A DNA stretch of 63,106 nucleotides, the filler included, from Bonamia ostreae (Eukaryota), in the NCBI GenBank assembly GCA_040357525.1. It is 27 parts of 27 records of this genome, joined end to end, with 100 filler letters (N's around TTAATTAATTAA, not from the genome) between each part and the next. Parts side by side here need not be neighbours in the genome. Positions count along the whole stretch, not along the records: positions 9,441 to 11,695 come from JBDODL010000940.1; positions 11,796 to 14,049 come from JBDODL010000941.1; positions 14,150 to 16,402 come from JBDODL010000942.1; positions 16,503 to 18,752 come from JBDODL010000943.1; positions 18,853 to 21,102 come from JBDODL010000944.1; positions 21,203 to 23,451 come from JBDODL010000945.1; positions 23,552 to 25,796 come from JBDODL010000946.1; 20 more parts are not named here. One strand, 5' to 3'. The notes beneath the pieces are model-generated. The model had not been told where the DNA came from, searched no databases, and was given only the letters and a program-made list of their open reading frames with translations. Positions 11,600-24,638 of the stretch are shown in pieces. The first letter of the stretch is position 1. The number at the start of each line of letters is the position of its first letter. The position numbers and the translations under genes were made by a program.

Positions 11600-12354
11600 T
11601 TTGAATATAATTTATTGTATGTTTCAATTATAAACGAAATTGAAATCTGATTTTTATGGTTTAAAGTATAAAAAGGCAAACCAGGATATTATATCNNNNN
11701 NNNNNNNNNNNNNNNNNNNNNNNNNNNNNNNNNNNNNNNTTAATTAATTAANNNNNNNNNNNNNNNNNNNNNNNNNNNNNNNNNNNNNNNNNNNNATATA
11801 CCGGTATGTTCACAAAAATAAAAAAAAAAATAATAAATCAGTCTATGAAGATAGTACTAACAAATGGTGTGAAACACGTGGAATAGCACTGGAAGTAATG
11901 CCAAGTTGTATCTACGAATTATATTGACAGTACAATTTACGAACTGCTGACTTTAAATTCCGACAGTTGAAATCCTTGTGACATCAACTAATTTGTTCGT
12001 ATTGCTTTTAGGTTTAGGTGTCAGTTTTGGGTGATATCGTTGTCAGTTTTCGGTGCTATTCACTTTTCAGCGTTGTTGCTTATACGCCAGTTTGGGGTGA
12101 TATAGGTTTTGGTGTTGTTAGGTTGTTGCTGACCTTTTGTCTAGCAACTGTCTGTACAATTACAGCACTTTAAACATATTTTCAACTATCAACAAAACTT
12201 ACTATAAACATACCTGTGTGAAATGTATTAATACGAAGCGTCATACCTTTTACAAGGGGGGGGGGGGGTAATTAGGAAATTCATTAATTAGAAAATTCTC
12301 AATAACCACGAGACAAGAAAAACAAAAAGTTTCTATAATTGAAGGATATTGGAA

Positions 12355-13110
12355 GTGTTGAAATAATGGCCCCTGGGGATAGTGTTGGGCGACAATAAGG
12401 GATCAAAGTCTTACGTAGCAATGCTAGAGGAATTTTTTTTTAGATATCATGACCAGCAGGTCTATGATTCAGTATCCATAGTAATATTGATATACAAAGC
12501 ATCTTCAGTTACTGCATGTTGAAGTTTCTATAAATCATGGCTGGAGGAAAGGAATATAATGGGGTCACAATAAGGAATCAAAACTAGACGTTGGAGTATG
12601 TATAATCTTTGAAAGATTTTTTTATCAATAAACCACTGACCATGATTAATCATATTGATTTGTAAGCATTACAATGGAGTGCAGATTCATATTTGACAGC
12701 GACTGGGTTTCATTAGGGATTCAAAGTTTTTCATGAGAATATATCGATAATTTGTAGAAACAGTTTCAAGAGTAGCAGGTCCATACTAAATCCTGTCAAT
12801 ATGCACCAGTTCCCAAATAGTCTGAACGTAGAATTTTTCCATGGACTATGGGGTTGAGTTGGGACTAGAATGAGATGAAAAGTTTACATATTACATAGAT
12901 ATACTGGTAAAATCGTATGTTTAAAAAATAATCTTCTCTATAGTAGCAAGGTCATATTGATATTGAAGTATCCCTATGTTTCTGGAATCAAGTTTTGTAA
13001 GATCATGACCGCATTTGACTAGTTTGGGACATGCTAAGGGGCCAACATTTGTGATAGAGTTAAAATGGGCAACATCTGAAAAATAACAGGGTCAATGTAA
13101 CTGAGATGAG
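12355..13110. repeat. Degenerate 160-170-bp tandem array resembling the oyster Cg170/HindIII satellite
   Basis: Motifs aa(t)catggc..gggg..gggg(t/c)cacaataagg(g/a)atcaaa and gtgcagattca recur near 12361, 12532, 12690, 12838 and 13000. The family match is from memory of the consensus, not a search. Confidence 0.6.
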
Positions 13111-14203
13111 CTTTGTGATGCAACAGTTTATATCTCTGTGTTGTTATGATGTCAGGTTTGTTGATATAGTTGTCTCCTGTTGTTTGTTTCTGACATGTAT
13201 CGGCGATTGAACAAATTGTGTCAATTTCATTGATTGTTTATTTTTTTCAGGGTTTTTTGGGTTGTAATTTGAGGATATTCTGTATATTGAAACAATTTAT
13301 GAATAGTGAATATCGTTAAGGCTAGAAATTCCAAATGTACCCATATAATCTGAACCTCCAGCAAATTATAATTTGTAATTTCACAACATTTAGAGTTCTT
13401 GTTACACTGCAATTGATTGATGTTATATTCCGTAGTGTTGTTACGTTGTCATTGTTGTACACGTTTCAACGTTTCCAGTCTTTGTGAATAGTTCTCTATG
13501 CTTTTGATGTAATCAGATTATTGTTTAATTTGATCGCTCACCTTCGTATATTTTTTTTCATTGTTGAGAATGTGTAAACATACCTTTAGAGTTAAAGTAA
13601 TGTATGCAATGTTATTTAATGGGCATTAACGTTACGTGCTGATACTATTGTAATGTGTAGCATTGTATTTATACAAGGTAGCTGTTAATCTGTAGCATTT
13701 TACCACATCACACAAGTACACACATTAAAAAGGCATGCTGGTTTGTATTTCTAGTTGTGTTCGTTTTGGGTAACTAAGCAAAGGGCAGACTAATGGTGAT
13801 AGGTTGCCAGATTTTCATTGATATACTTTCGTTGTTAGAATGTCCGGGTTTAGTGTCATAGCTTTCTGTTTTGTTGAGTTGTACAACGCAGATGTCTAAA
13901 TACACCTTCAACAATATGGTGTGTGGAGAGATCTTTCTCAAGTTAAGATGATCTGTGCGACTAGCCATGACAATTACTACATGCGCCAATGATTGAAAAA
14001 TGGAAATTTTACAGTAAAAATGTATACATCTTAAGCAATCTGCATCCTANNNNNNNNNNNNNNNNNNNNNNNNNNNNNNNNNNNNNNNNNNNNTTAATTA
14101 ATTAANNNNNNNNNNNNNNNNNNNNNNNNNNNNNNNNNNNNNNNNNNNNCAATCTATTAAAGAATTCAATAACTCGTTTTGTAATGCAAAAAGCAGCAAA
14201 ACT

Positions 14204-15124
14204 TTAATGGAAGCGCCTCACAAAACCTTTCTTCTTCTCTCTTTCTTCTCGATCTTTTTTCAGCTCGAAACGAGTTTTCCCCCATTCCAGATTCAGAACC
14301 ATTCTTCCGTATCGATGATTCTGAACCACTTTCATCGCTTCCTCTGCCTCCGCGCGGTTGACGAACGTGACGAAGCCGTATCCGCGCGATTTCTGGGTTT
14401 TGTAGTCGAACGCGATTTTGACTTTTTTGATTTGCCCGAATTGGCGGAAGAGCGTCTGCAAGTCGTCCGGAGTTGTTTCCTCCGGAAAGTTGTTCACTCT
14501 GATTACGGGAGAATGGTCTTCCTCTTTGAAGAAATCTGGTCTCTCTTCTCTCCTTTCTGCGCCGAAAACCCTCTTTTTGTTGCTGGTGCATTGGTGCGTG
14601 AAATGAACTCCTCTGCAGTTGGCGCACGCAATAACGTCTCGAAATCGACTTGTTGAGATGTTTGCTTTTTTGGATTCCAAATTGAATTTGACTTTGCTTT
14701 CGGTGGGCGCGTAGTTTTCTCTGATTTTGGGATCTCCGAACTTTTAGTTTTGGGATGGCTCAAATAAAACTTTTTGTTCGAGAAGTTTCTGGCGGTTCAG
14801 AGCGAATCTTTTGATGGTCGTTTTTTCTTTTTTAAGGCGATATCGGACGATTTCTTTGATTCGCTTGTTGTTTTCGAGTTTGATCGTTGTCGTTGTGTAC
14901 AGGTCGTTTTTTTCGTCGTAGACAGTGTTTATTTGCGGGTAGTTTTCAGTGACGTTATTGTTTTTCTGACTAGTTTTTTTGTAGAGATCTTCCAAGCTTA
15001 TTTTCTTTTTGGGCGTAGTTTTATCGGGATTGGCGTTTTTTTCGTCTGGCGATGCTGGTCCGTTTTTCTTCTCTTTAATGCGCATGGCTAGTTGTGTTAA
15101 GTCTATTTTCTTTTTTTCTGCCAT
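14204..15124 (-). CDS. EIF3G: Translation initiation factor 3 subunit G
   Basis: A 30-nt stop-containing intron at 14741-14770 gives ...EQKFGD.... Zn knuckle CANCRGVHFTHQC; C-terminal RRM with SRGYGFVTF...LNLEWGK. Confidence 0.93.
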
Positions 15125-15226
15125 TTTGCACTGTGTTTAAGAAGTTTCTATGTACTAACGAATTTGATATAATGGCAACTTTTGTGTCTAATTATTATAT
15201 CTGACTTAGCTAATATATTTTTAATA

Positions 15227-16081
15227 ATGAATTGGCTAAAACAGAAGGGGATATCGAAAAAAGCAAAATCGTCAAAGCAAAATGCATTTGAGCGGTTTAT
15301 TAAGAAGCCGAAACACGTTGTGGAAAAAATGACTGCTTGTCTTGCCATGGATTGCGAGTTTGTCGGAGTGACCGAAAGAGACATTAATTTTTTGGCCAGA
15401 GTCTCGATCGTTAATTATGACGGGCAAGTTGTCTACGATCAAGTTCTATTTTGTAAAATTTTTCATTTCAAAAGTTTTGTTATAGTCTAATTTTAACATA
15501 ACAAGTACGTTCGACCACACCTCAAAGTCAAAAATTTTAGAAGCAAAATTAGCGGAATCTACAAAAACCACTTAAAAAAGGGGATCGATTTTACAATATG
15601 TCGGGCAAAGGTCGCAGAAATCATAGACGGGCGAATTTTAATTGGACATTCAATTGATTCGGACTTGTCTGTTCTTAATCTAAAACATCCACGTGAACTG
15701 ACACGTGACACTTCCACGAAAGAGTCGACGCTTTGTCCGAACAACAAGCGCTCGCTCAAAAAACTTGTTTATGAACACTTTAACAGCAATATCCAAACCA
15801 AATCTCATTGTCCAGTTTTTCGGATTTTTTAATATTAATTGTTTTTGTGTAAATTTGCTAATAATTGGCAGCTAATTGAGCTCATTAATGGAATTTTTTG
15901 TTAATCGATATACAAAAAACCTTCGATTATCATTTATAATCATCCTCTATATATTAGCACAAATTTTAACGAGCTTTAAAGATACAATAAAAATCAATAT
16001 AACAATGAGTAGATCGAAGACGCAAGAGCGACATTACAATTATACAAATTGGTTGAAAAGAAATGGGGACAAATTTCATAA
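15227..16081 (+). CDS. REXO4: RNA exonuclease 4 (DEDDh)
   Basis: [25 protein letters not shown]...[11 protein letters not shown]...RDTS...SLKKL...[14 protein letters not shown]. Introns 15443-15505 and 15815-16012. Confidence 0.92.
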
Positions 16082-16402
16082 ATTTTTAAATTTGCGATTT
16101 CTCTCCAAAATGTCGTAAAAAGGCAGTTTGCACAAAACTGTCTTTCCAGATTTTGTCCCGATAAGCAAATTTGTCGACTTTTTGCTAAACATCGCAGTTG
16201 TAACCCGTCCAAAACGGTTTTTGAGCGATGGCCAATTCGGATAAACTGTCAAATGTTTTAAGCTTATAATGCGAATGGCGCTGGCTTTGCCACTGCTGTA
16301 AATTAATAACAGTTCAGAAGAAAAATTGAAATCGAGGCCATCGATGCCCGTTAATAGATTCCCAAAACTTTTTATCAGTTTTTTCTTTTTGTAAAGATTA
16401 AC
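16076..16402 (-). CDS. UTP18: U3 snoRNP WD40 protein UTP18, C-terminal part
   Basis: 109 open codons: KSFGNLLTGIDGLDFNFSSELL...AIRIISLKHLTVYPNWP...FSKKSTNLLIGTKSGKTVLCKL, matching the UTP18 C-terminus. Confidence 0.85.
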   Translation of the reverse strand, partial: VNLYKKKKLIKSFGNLLTGIDGLDFNFSSELLLIYSSGKASAIRIISLKHLTVYPNWPSLKNRFGRVTTAMFSKKSTNLLIGTKSGKTVLCKLPFYDILERNRKFKNL

Positions 16403-19149
16403 NNNNNNNNNNNNNNNNNNNNNNNNNNNNNNNNNNNNNNNNNNNNTTAATTAATTAANNNNNNNNNNNNNNNNNNNNNNNNNNNNNNNNNNNNNNNNNN
16501 NNATTTTGTCACCACATGGAAATAGATGTAGATTATTTTTCCTGTGAAAATTGTTGTGAACGTAAATTGTTTCCAATGTATATAGTCAAAAGTAATAGGG
16601 ATCACCGAAACACGTGAATTGTGTAAGGTACCATTTCCATCGAATGTTTTAAAATATACGCAGCAGTTTCACCTATTCCACTCAATTTCATACATTTCAA
16701 TACTGGTTGAGCCTTTTCAATAAATCGATTAAAGTTACATTCATCGGTTTAACTAGTTATTCTGTCGAAAACCAAACGCACTGATGAGCTTGACCAAATA
16801 CACAATTTACAAATCAGTATTCCTTGTGCCTCAATTTTCATAATGCAATTGCTAAATTTGAAAACGTTGCATCGGACTGCTGTTTGCTAATTAACGCAGC
16901 GGTATTTCATAAATTGGGAGGTAATTCTATTGTAATTGCCGCGCGAAAACAGGTGAAAGGGATTCATAAACGAGGGATATGGGTGATATTCCTACCCCCT
17001 TTCTATGTATGATAAATCTGCTCTTGTAATTAAACACAAAGAAGTGGTTACATATACATGTATACATGTATATGCAGGGAATAATTTGTTTTTCTAAATG
17101 AATATCTGAATTATATCCATGTGTATGTAAAAGAATGTCTCGGCAAACTTTGACGAAGTGGGATTCCCATAAGACTAGCTGTAGGTGATAATTTTTAAAT
17201 AAGAATATTTTTCAAAAAATATTTAGAGAACATGGCTACCTTACCAGGTACAGCAAAATAACAACTTGGGTATGGGGTACATGATTTATTCTAAACGTAA
17301 AATAAAGACAACTCCGATATAATTTTTCATATTATCATAAAATGGAGTTTTTGCACTCATATGAAAATATCAATTGATTGATTTAATTTAACATCTCCTT
17401 GTGATATTACCATACCTATTCCGTTCATAGAACTACACTGTGCAATTGCTACTTGATTAATTATATGTTGACAATCCTTATGCACGGTATATCAAACACG
17501 GTTTGAATAAACGTATACCATATTACAAACATAAATACATAATTAAGAAATATCAATGAATCATTCAATTATGTAGTTCTTCTGGAAGTGTTCTTGAAAA
17601 AGCTTTAGAAGTTTTATTGTACTCCTATGATACGGGAACTTCTCAATTTATTTATTGCCTAAACACCTCTTTTGTTATGGAATGTGTACAATGTGAAGAA
17701 ACTATCGGAGACATTCAGGGGAGATTAATAAGCTGGTGTTCACTGTTTGTTAATAGTTAAATTTGTTCTTCGTTTGCGTCCCTGCATTCATTCATAAAGG
17801 TGCGTCCATCAATCACACACCGCTTGTTCTGCGCTCGTTCACTGATCAAGCGAGAATGTGGAAGGTGTAATGGACTATATATACAATCACAAGTCTTAGT
17901 CAAACAAAATCTCTGAAATTTTCAATTTTTGGATGTGCTTTTTTTGACTGTGTAATTTTCCTAAGTAATTCAAATTGAAAACAGGCATCCCAATCTGAAT
18001 CTTTTTTTTTAAAGTTATCCAGCATTATTCACTTATGTGGGATTTGGAAATTCCACCTCTTGGATAAGATTCGCTAACTAGGATTCCGTACATGCTCGTC
18101 CAGACTACGAACCGTGTCCCATTATAGTGATATCCCAATTCTTTACACATTATGATATAGGACTCTATTACCCTCATTAGCACCAACTTTGATAAGGAAA
18201 TACGAATAATGAAGAAACAACCAGAATTTTTATAGAAAGTTATTTCATTATTGATGAATGGTCTTAAAATTCATCGGAAAGAGAAAGAAAACTTCCCACA
18301 CGGCTATTCATAAACGACGAATGATCATCTCTAAGAAAAAGAATGAAAAGGTGAAACTATAGTTGTTTTCATTTTAAGAAATGAAAATAAAAAGACTAAA
18401 ATAAGATTGCAAAATATTATTTGCGGAAAATGATAAAATACATGTAGTTGTGAGGAAAGTCAGTATATTGCAATGTTTTTAAAAAGTCATTTCATGCGCG
18501 ATATATTACTATGTAATGGACAATTTCAAATATATACATGTGTTTGACCACAATAAATTCGTTGCGACGGTAATTCTCGGATCTAAGTGTGGATTATCAG
18601 TTGTCAACGACAACCGCTTTCCACGTCCTCGAACCAGCAGTGATAGCCCAACATTCTCTATATACATACTGTATAGCGATTGTTTTCCGCGGGGTGATTT
18701 TGGCTTATTTTAACGATTGGATAGCTTTCCGCAAAATTTTACTCCGAAATATNNNNNNNNNNNNNNNNNNNNNNNNNNNNNNNNNNNNNNNNNNNNTTAA
18801 TTAATTAANNNNNNNNNNNNNNNNNNNNNNNNNNNNNNNNNNNNNNNNNNNNTCTGATTCGATTCATTAATGGCCATTTTTGTAAATTTTTATATGCATT
18901 TTAAAATGAAGTCCAGAAAATATCATAAATTTAAGGATGTAATTTGAATTTGAATCGATAAAAAAAAGAAAAAAAAGTCTTTGTTCATGTTTGTACATTA
19001 ATTTTAATAAAATTTACAACTATATCAAAAAGATTGTTGTTTTTGCACATCAGCGAAATCTAGTCGCCATATTTTTTGTTAACGATAGTATATAAACCTA
19101 CCTTTGTATTATAAAAAAACTAAAATCATCCTTCAATATTTTGATAGTC

Positions 19150-20540
19150 CTCTTAAAAATATGGATTTCTAAATGATTTCCCAACCCCGGACGTTTTTTT
19201 CATCTCGATCGTTTTTAAAGTTTTCAATCATAAAATCTTTAAATATAAGCGAATTATTAACGATTAAAGATTATTAACTTTTTGTTGTAAAAATTATTAA
19301 CGAAGAAATCGATCGTTAATGTTCTTAGTTTGCGATGAAGATCTTCTCTTCCCCAAAAAAAATTCGCATGCCCTGAATTAGCAATTACCATATTTTCCAA
19401 TTGAAATTATTTTTTATTCTATGGCAATAAATAATCTTAATAATCTTTAATTTTTTAAGAAAAATTATTCTTATGGTTGTCTCCTTTGTTGGAATTTTCG
19501 AGATATGTTTTTGTTGAATCATTAGGATTTATTTGATCTGCGATTGTCTGTGTTTTTTCGTTCATTTGTTGAGACAATTGAGGTTTTTCCTCTTGTTTCT
19601 TTCTTTTTTGACTTAAAATTGCGTTTGCTTTTGAATTTTGAAGCATTAAATCCAAAGATGATTTTCCGGCTCTTCTTCAGGTCGGGGTTGATCGTTTGTT
19701 TGCAGTGAGTAAAATTTATTTTCCTGAGATTTTTCTTTATAGATTCGTCTCTCTTCTGCTTTTTGCATACCATATAAGAGAGGCAGTTCCTTGAGTCAGT
19801 TTCATGCGATCCTAACAATTTGAACATTTGTCATCGTGGTTGCCCGAGCACAATTGTCATACTTTTTGCATGTGACTGAAGCATGATCAAACCATAGCAT
19901 TTACTGCATTGTGTTAGAAGTTTTCTCTTGTTCTTGAGATTCTCAGACGTTCGCATCCTAACGGAAACCATTTAAGATGGGAGAATACTTCATATACTTT
20001 GTCATCTATTGTCTCAATAAAGATTGTAAACCTTTTTCTCAGGTTTTACAATTTTATTGACCCTGATATTTACATTCAATTCATGCACTGTCGATGCAAA
20101 AGATCTTTTGGAGTCATGCCGTCTTAATGCGTAACTTTCTGGTCCCAATGTTTTTTATATTTCGAGAATTTAATGAATTGCTGGCGTCTTCCTAATTTTT
20201 GAACGAGACCAAAATGTCTCCAGGAGGAAGTAGGCGACAATTTGTGAACTTGGGAAATAGTGTTTTAATTCCGTTTTGAAGCTTGATCGGATGGTTTGTC
20301 TCAATAGAGTTATTTACCTTTCTAACTACTATTGTATGAAAGGCTTTTGGGATTTTCTGGGCGGGGTTTGCGTTAAGTAATTGTTCTAGTTTTTCTTTTG
20401 TTCAAGTTTTTGCTTTTCTTTTCCATCAATATTGATTTCACAATTGTAACAACGTCTTTTGGAATACTTTCTGGTATGTAGGTTTCTAAATCTTCAGATT
20501 TTAAGCCATCAAAAAAAGTTGACTTATTCGGCTGTGACAT
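19150..20540 (-). mobile_element. Degraded non-LTR retrotransposon ORF1 (gag-like, CCHC knuckles)
   Basis: Across frameshifts at about 19780-19920: QCSKCYGF.HASVTC...C...GNH...CSNCLGSHETDSRNC. Many stops. Confidence 0.7.
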
Positions 20541-20594
20541 TTTTTCTGAGATAGGCGCTCAAAAAGAGTTCTTCGTCCATAAGCATGCAAGCTT

Positions 20595-20720
20595 TAGTGA
20601 TATTGTCGGTAATCTGCAATGGGATAAACATATCAGCGAATTAAAATGAAAAGCTGAGAAAAAGATCTTCTTAATAAGAAGATTTTCATACATGATTACG
20701 GGGATTATACAATACTAAGG
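20595..20720 (+). mobile_element. Degraded LINE reverse-transcriptase thumb fragment
   Basis: NLQWDKHISELK*KAEKKIFLIRRFS matches the L.W..HI..L..KA...L..LRR motif that follows the RT core. Confidence 0.55.
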
Positions 20721-23551
20721 TTTGAAACGATTGAACATAAATCGTTGACCTCGAGCTCGGGGTTAACAGACTCTCTCGTAAGAGAGGAGTTCTCGTTTAA
20801 AGTGGCACTCTTCCACTAAAATATAGAAGAATGGTTATATTGATTAAATTGTGGGGTAATCCCATAGCAAATCCAGATGAAACATTGATTGAGAAGAGGA
20901 GAAAAAGCTTCTAAACAAGGTTTAAAATTGCGTGAATACTGTTCTCAATGAACGGTGAATCGAAATAAAGGTTTTTTAGTAAGTATCCCTTTGACGAGTC
21001 TCAATCGACGACCCTGTCTGGGTAAGTATATAAAAGAGTTTTCTCTTTACTTTAAATTAAAAAAAAACAAATAGTACTGTTGTTCTTTTTGTGAAGATAT
21101 AGNNNNNNNNNNNNNNNNNNNNNNNNNNNNNNNNNNNNNNNNNNNNTTAATTAATTAANNNNNNNNNNNNNNNNNNNNNNNNNNNNNNNNNNNNNNNNNN
21201 NNATACATGAGGGAGATATATACATATAATGGATTGTTGGGTTTCAGCTGGAGTCTAGTTTCACTGACGTGGTTTATTTCTTTCTGTAGAGGTTCAAGGA
21301 CATCTCAAGGACATCTCTGGTGAACATGAGATATATTGATGGTGCTGATTCAGATTGCCCAATATTTTTTTCCTTTTTCTGTAATTACATTCAGGTCATT
21401 GTGTTTCTTGTTAATTATCAATTTCAGGTTCAAAGACATATCTGCAGATATATCGATTGTCTGCTAACTCAGATTCCTCAGGTGTTTTTGTAACTACATT
21501 GAAGTCATTGTTTGTGTCTGGTTAATAGCCATCTCATTTTTGTGTCATGATGTATTTTTCGGTAGATGCGCGCGCATAACACCTTGATAGCATCTGATAT
21601 TATAACCCAGCTACCTATTTCTGTTGAGAAAAAAGTACGAAAAATAGAGTTGTTTTCGGTTCGAAACCTTAAACACACTTGAATGCCATAAACCAGTTTG
21701 TCTGTTACCGTTCAGATTCTAAACTACATGTATGTTTAAAAAAAAAACCAGGAATTCAAACACGACACATTTTAAACAAAAAATGTGGAAGATACGATCT
21801 TTATAGCTACTTTCTTGATAAGAAAGCATTTGTGGATGTACACTTGAGTGATTTTCAAAGTGTTAGATTTATGAAATATATAAATATGGAAGTGCGATTT
21901 AAAGTGCGTTATCATAAACACATTTGTAGGAAAATTTTGAAATTACATTAATAAATACAGGTGTTTAGAAATTTAAGTAGGATTAACCATTCCATGAAAG
22001 CGAAAATGCATTTTTAAAACATGCAAAGACTCGTTATAAGGAGATTATGTATGCTATTTTCATATGTTTGTATTCAAAATGCATAAGGAGTGCTTATACT
22101 GCAATTTGCATTTACGAAGCTAAATGGCTTTGCAAAATGTTGAAGTGCTCTGGTGGTTGTGTGCAAATATTGAAAGGAAGAACACGTACGATTGATAAAT
22201 CTAACAGAATTTCCTTCAATAATTATTTTTCAAAATATTTCCCTCATAATTACCTTTCCACGATTTCTTGGTAATAAAGGCTTTGCTATACAGATGTGTT
22301 CAACCAATGACGTGAAGGAGTTCGAGGTGCGTCTCATTAATTATTCATAGATATCACGTGTGTGATAACAAATATACCAGTACTGTAGCTGATATATAAA
22401 ACACCTCGCTATTGGACAACTATAACTTAGATTACTTTGCTTTAGCTTCGTTGACTGATTTAATAACAGAAACACTCAATGCATCTGTTTCGCTCTTGGA
22501 GATGTGGCAGTCAATAAACTTCACATATGCTTCACTAGTGATGCTCAATAGGCCTTTGATTGAGGAATTCAAATATAAACACTGTGGGTTTTGTTTACAT
22601 CTGTTTCATTGATTATCCACACCGGTATAAACGTCAGTTCATCAGGATTTTGAATTAAGAATCATGTAATTAATTCAAGAGTCAAGGCGCGGATCCAGAA
22701 AATTTTCGAACGAGCGTTTCCAACACAATTTTGTACCATTTCCGTCCCAAATGTGTACTATTTTCCTCCCCAAAAGGCTGATAATATGGCAAAAATTACA
22801 ATTTTGATAAATTTCTGGCCTGGCCCCGTTGGCCTGACCTGATCTCAAAATTGCCTTGGCTTTAAAATTGTCTTGGTGCAAATTTTGACCACTAATTTAG
22901 CTCCTACCCAAATTTTGGCTTGGCTTCAAAAGATGGCGTAGCCTCAAATTTTGCCTCTAGCAATCTGTTCTGGCCGCAACCAAAACAACATTTTTATTAT
23001 TCAAAATGTCGATTGATTTCATTGATTTATATTATTGGTTAGTTTCTCAAAGTAAGGGTAGATAAATGATATGTTTCTGTTCTCTTGTTAATGTGCACAT
23101 ATCACATCACTTATGTAACAATTTTGAAAAATCAAAACCAAATCAAATAGTTGGGAAGGGAAAGAAAACAATTTTATCAATAAACTGATCAATAATTCAA
23201 TAAAATCAATCAAATAGGCTGGAAACAGATTAGAGGTACAAAATGAAGCCAGGCCAATTCAAGACCAGGTTATGCCTCTGAGACAAGACCAATAGGGCCA
23301 GACCATGTTTTATACTGTGTCTAGAAATATTTCTGTATCTTCACTCTGGGATCTAATTAAATAGACATTTCGATTCGATTGCATGTGATTAGAACTACGA
23401 TTACGTATATCCAATTATTCCACATCTGTCTTTATCTATTAAAGGAACCTTNNNNNNNNNNNNNNNNNNNNNNNNNNNNNNNNNNNNNNNNNNNNTTAAT
23501 TAATTAANNNNNNNNNNNNNNNNNNNNNNNNNNNNNNNNNNNNNNNNNNNN

Positions 23552-23715
23552 ATATTCGTAGCGGCCCATTCGTTGTTGGCTAAATCCATCGGCTCTTCTT
23601 TAGACATAATTTTCTTATAAATTATTTCGAGCGAATCTTTCACGTTCGGCGCTTTTTCTAATTGTTCCAATTGTAGCCTCAATATCGCTATTTTTCTATC
23701 TTGCTCAACAGTCAT
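23552..23715 (-). CDS. Probable heterotrimeric G-protein gamma subunit (CaaX end cut off)
   Basis: Short coiled coil followed by NVKDSLEIIYKKIMSKEEPM...NNEW, the pattern seen in protist G-gamma subunits. Confidence 0.55.
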
Positions 23716-23802
23716 TCAAGGCTTCAAATTTAACAAAATTACAGCAAATATCGCTAATCTATTTGTTGGTTGTTTTATGCAAAATCGCTAATCGACAAAT
23801 TT

Positions 23803-24457
23803 ATGATGACGTTGTTTTGTTTTATCGTATGTTTGTCTGGAATCGATTCCTTAAAAATTGAGCGAAAGCTTAAAGGTTCCGGATTTCATCGAATAATGGC
23901 CATAGAAATATCATTGTCTGAATTCTCAAAAGAAAACAATTTCGGGAACGATTTTGAGATAAAAATCAAACAAAACATTTCGAAAGAACTTATTTTTGAT
24001 TTATTTGCGTTCAAAGTTACATTTTTTCAAAAAACAGAAAATGGCAAAAAATGGCAAAAAATGTGCAAATTTTGATGTAAAAATCGAAAGATTTGGCGCA
24101 AAAGATATTGAAGCGCCGTCTTTTTTAATAACAGAAAATTCGGTCGAGTTTTCGACAAAAATAAGTCGAAAAATGGTCAGATTTGTCCATTCTGATTTTG
24201 CCAAAAAAAGTTTAAAACTCGATTTTCCGATTAGTTTTAGATATTTATCGCCTTCGAATTTATCGTTTGTTGCAGTAAAAATACCGAACCCGGAAATTTT
24301 TGTTAAAAAGGCGAAACCAAATTTTCAAAATTTTCAAGTTTTGGAAGTTTTAGTTCCAACAGGAAAAGTAATTGATCGACTTTTTGTGATTTGGGCTACT
24401 TTTTCGATTGTCATTTTGTCAACGTTAATTGTGATTTGCGCCATTTTTAGTAAATAA
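23803..24457 (+). CDS. PIGX: GPI mannosyltransferase I subunit PIG-X
   Basis: Signal peptide; GSGFHR; DIEAP; PISFRYLSP; VPTG; C-terminal TM. 22-nt intron 24016-24037. Confidence 0.88.
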
Positions 24458-24459
24458 AA

Positions 24460-24610
24460 ATTTTTGTCGTTTATTTTTTCACAAATTTAATTTTTTGTCG
24501 TTTTTTTTCGGAAATTTAATTTTTTGTCCTTTATTTTTTCGAAAATTTAATTTTTTGTCGTTTATTTTTTCGAAAATTTAATTTTTTGTCGTTTATTTTC
24601 GGAAATAAAA
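24460..24610. repeat. About 30-bp tandem repeat, 5 copies, between convergent genes
   Basis: Unit ttttttgtcgtttattttttc(g)gaaatttaa. Confidence 0.85.
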
Positions 24611-24638
24611 ATTTTAGAATTTGAAAAATAACAAAAAA

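Noticed and set aside
14741-14770. In-frame TAA in eIF3g and GT25 as evidence for stop-codon reassignment
   Set aside because: These stops fall inside GT-AG micro-introns, and genes end normally in TAA or TGA. The standard code is sufficient.
16780-16800. CTGATGAG as a hammerhead core
   Set aside because: No stem II or GAAA follows in the required arrangement.
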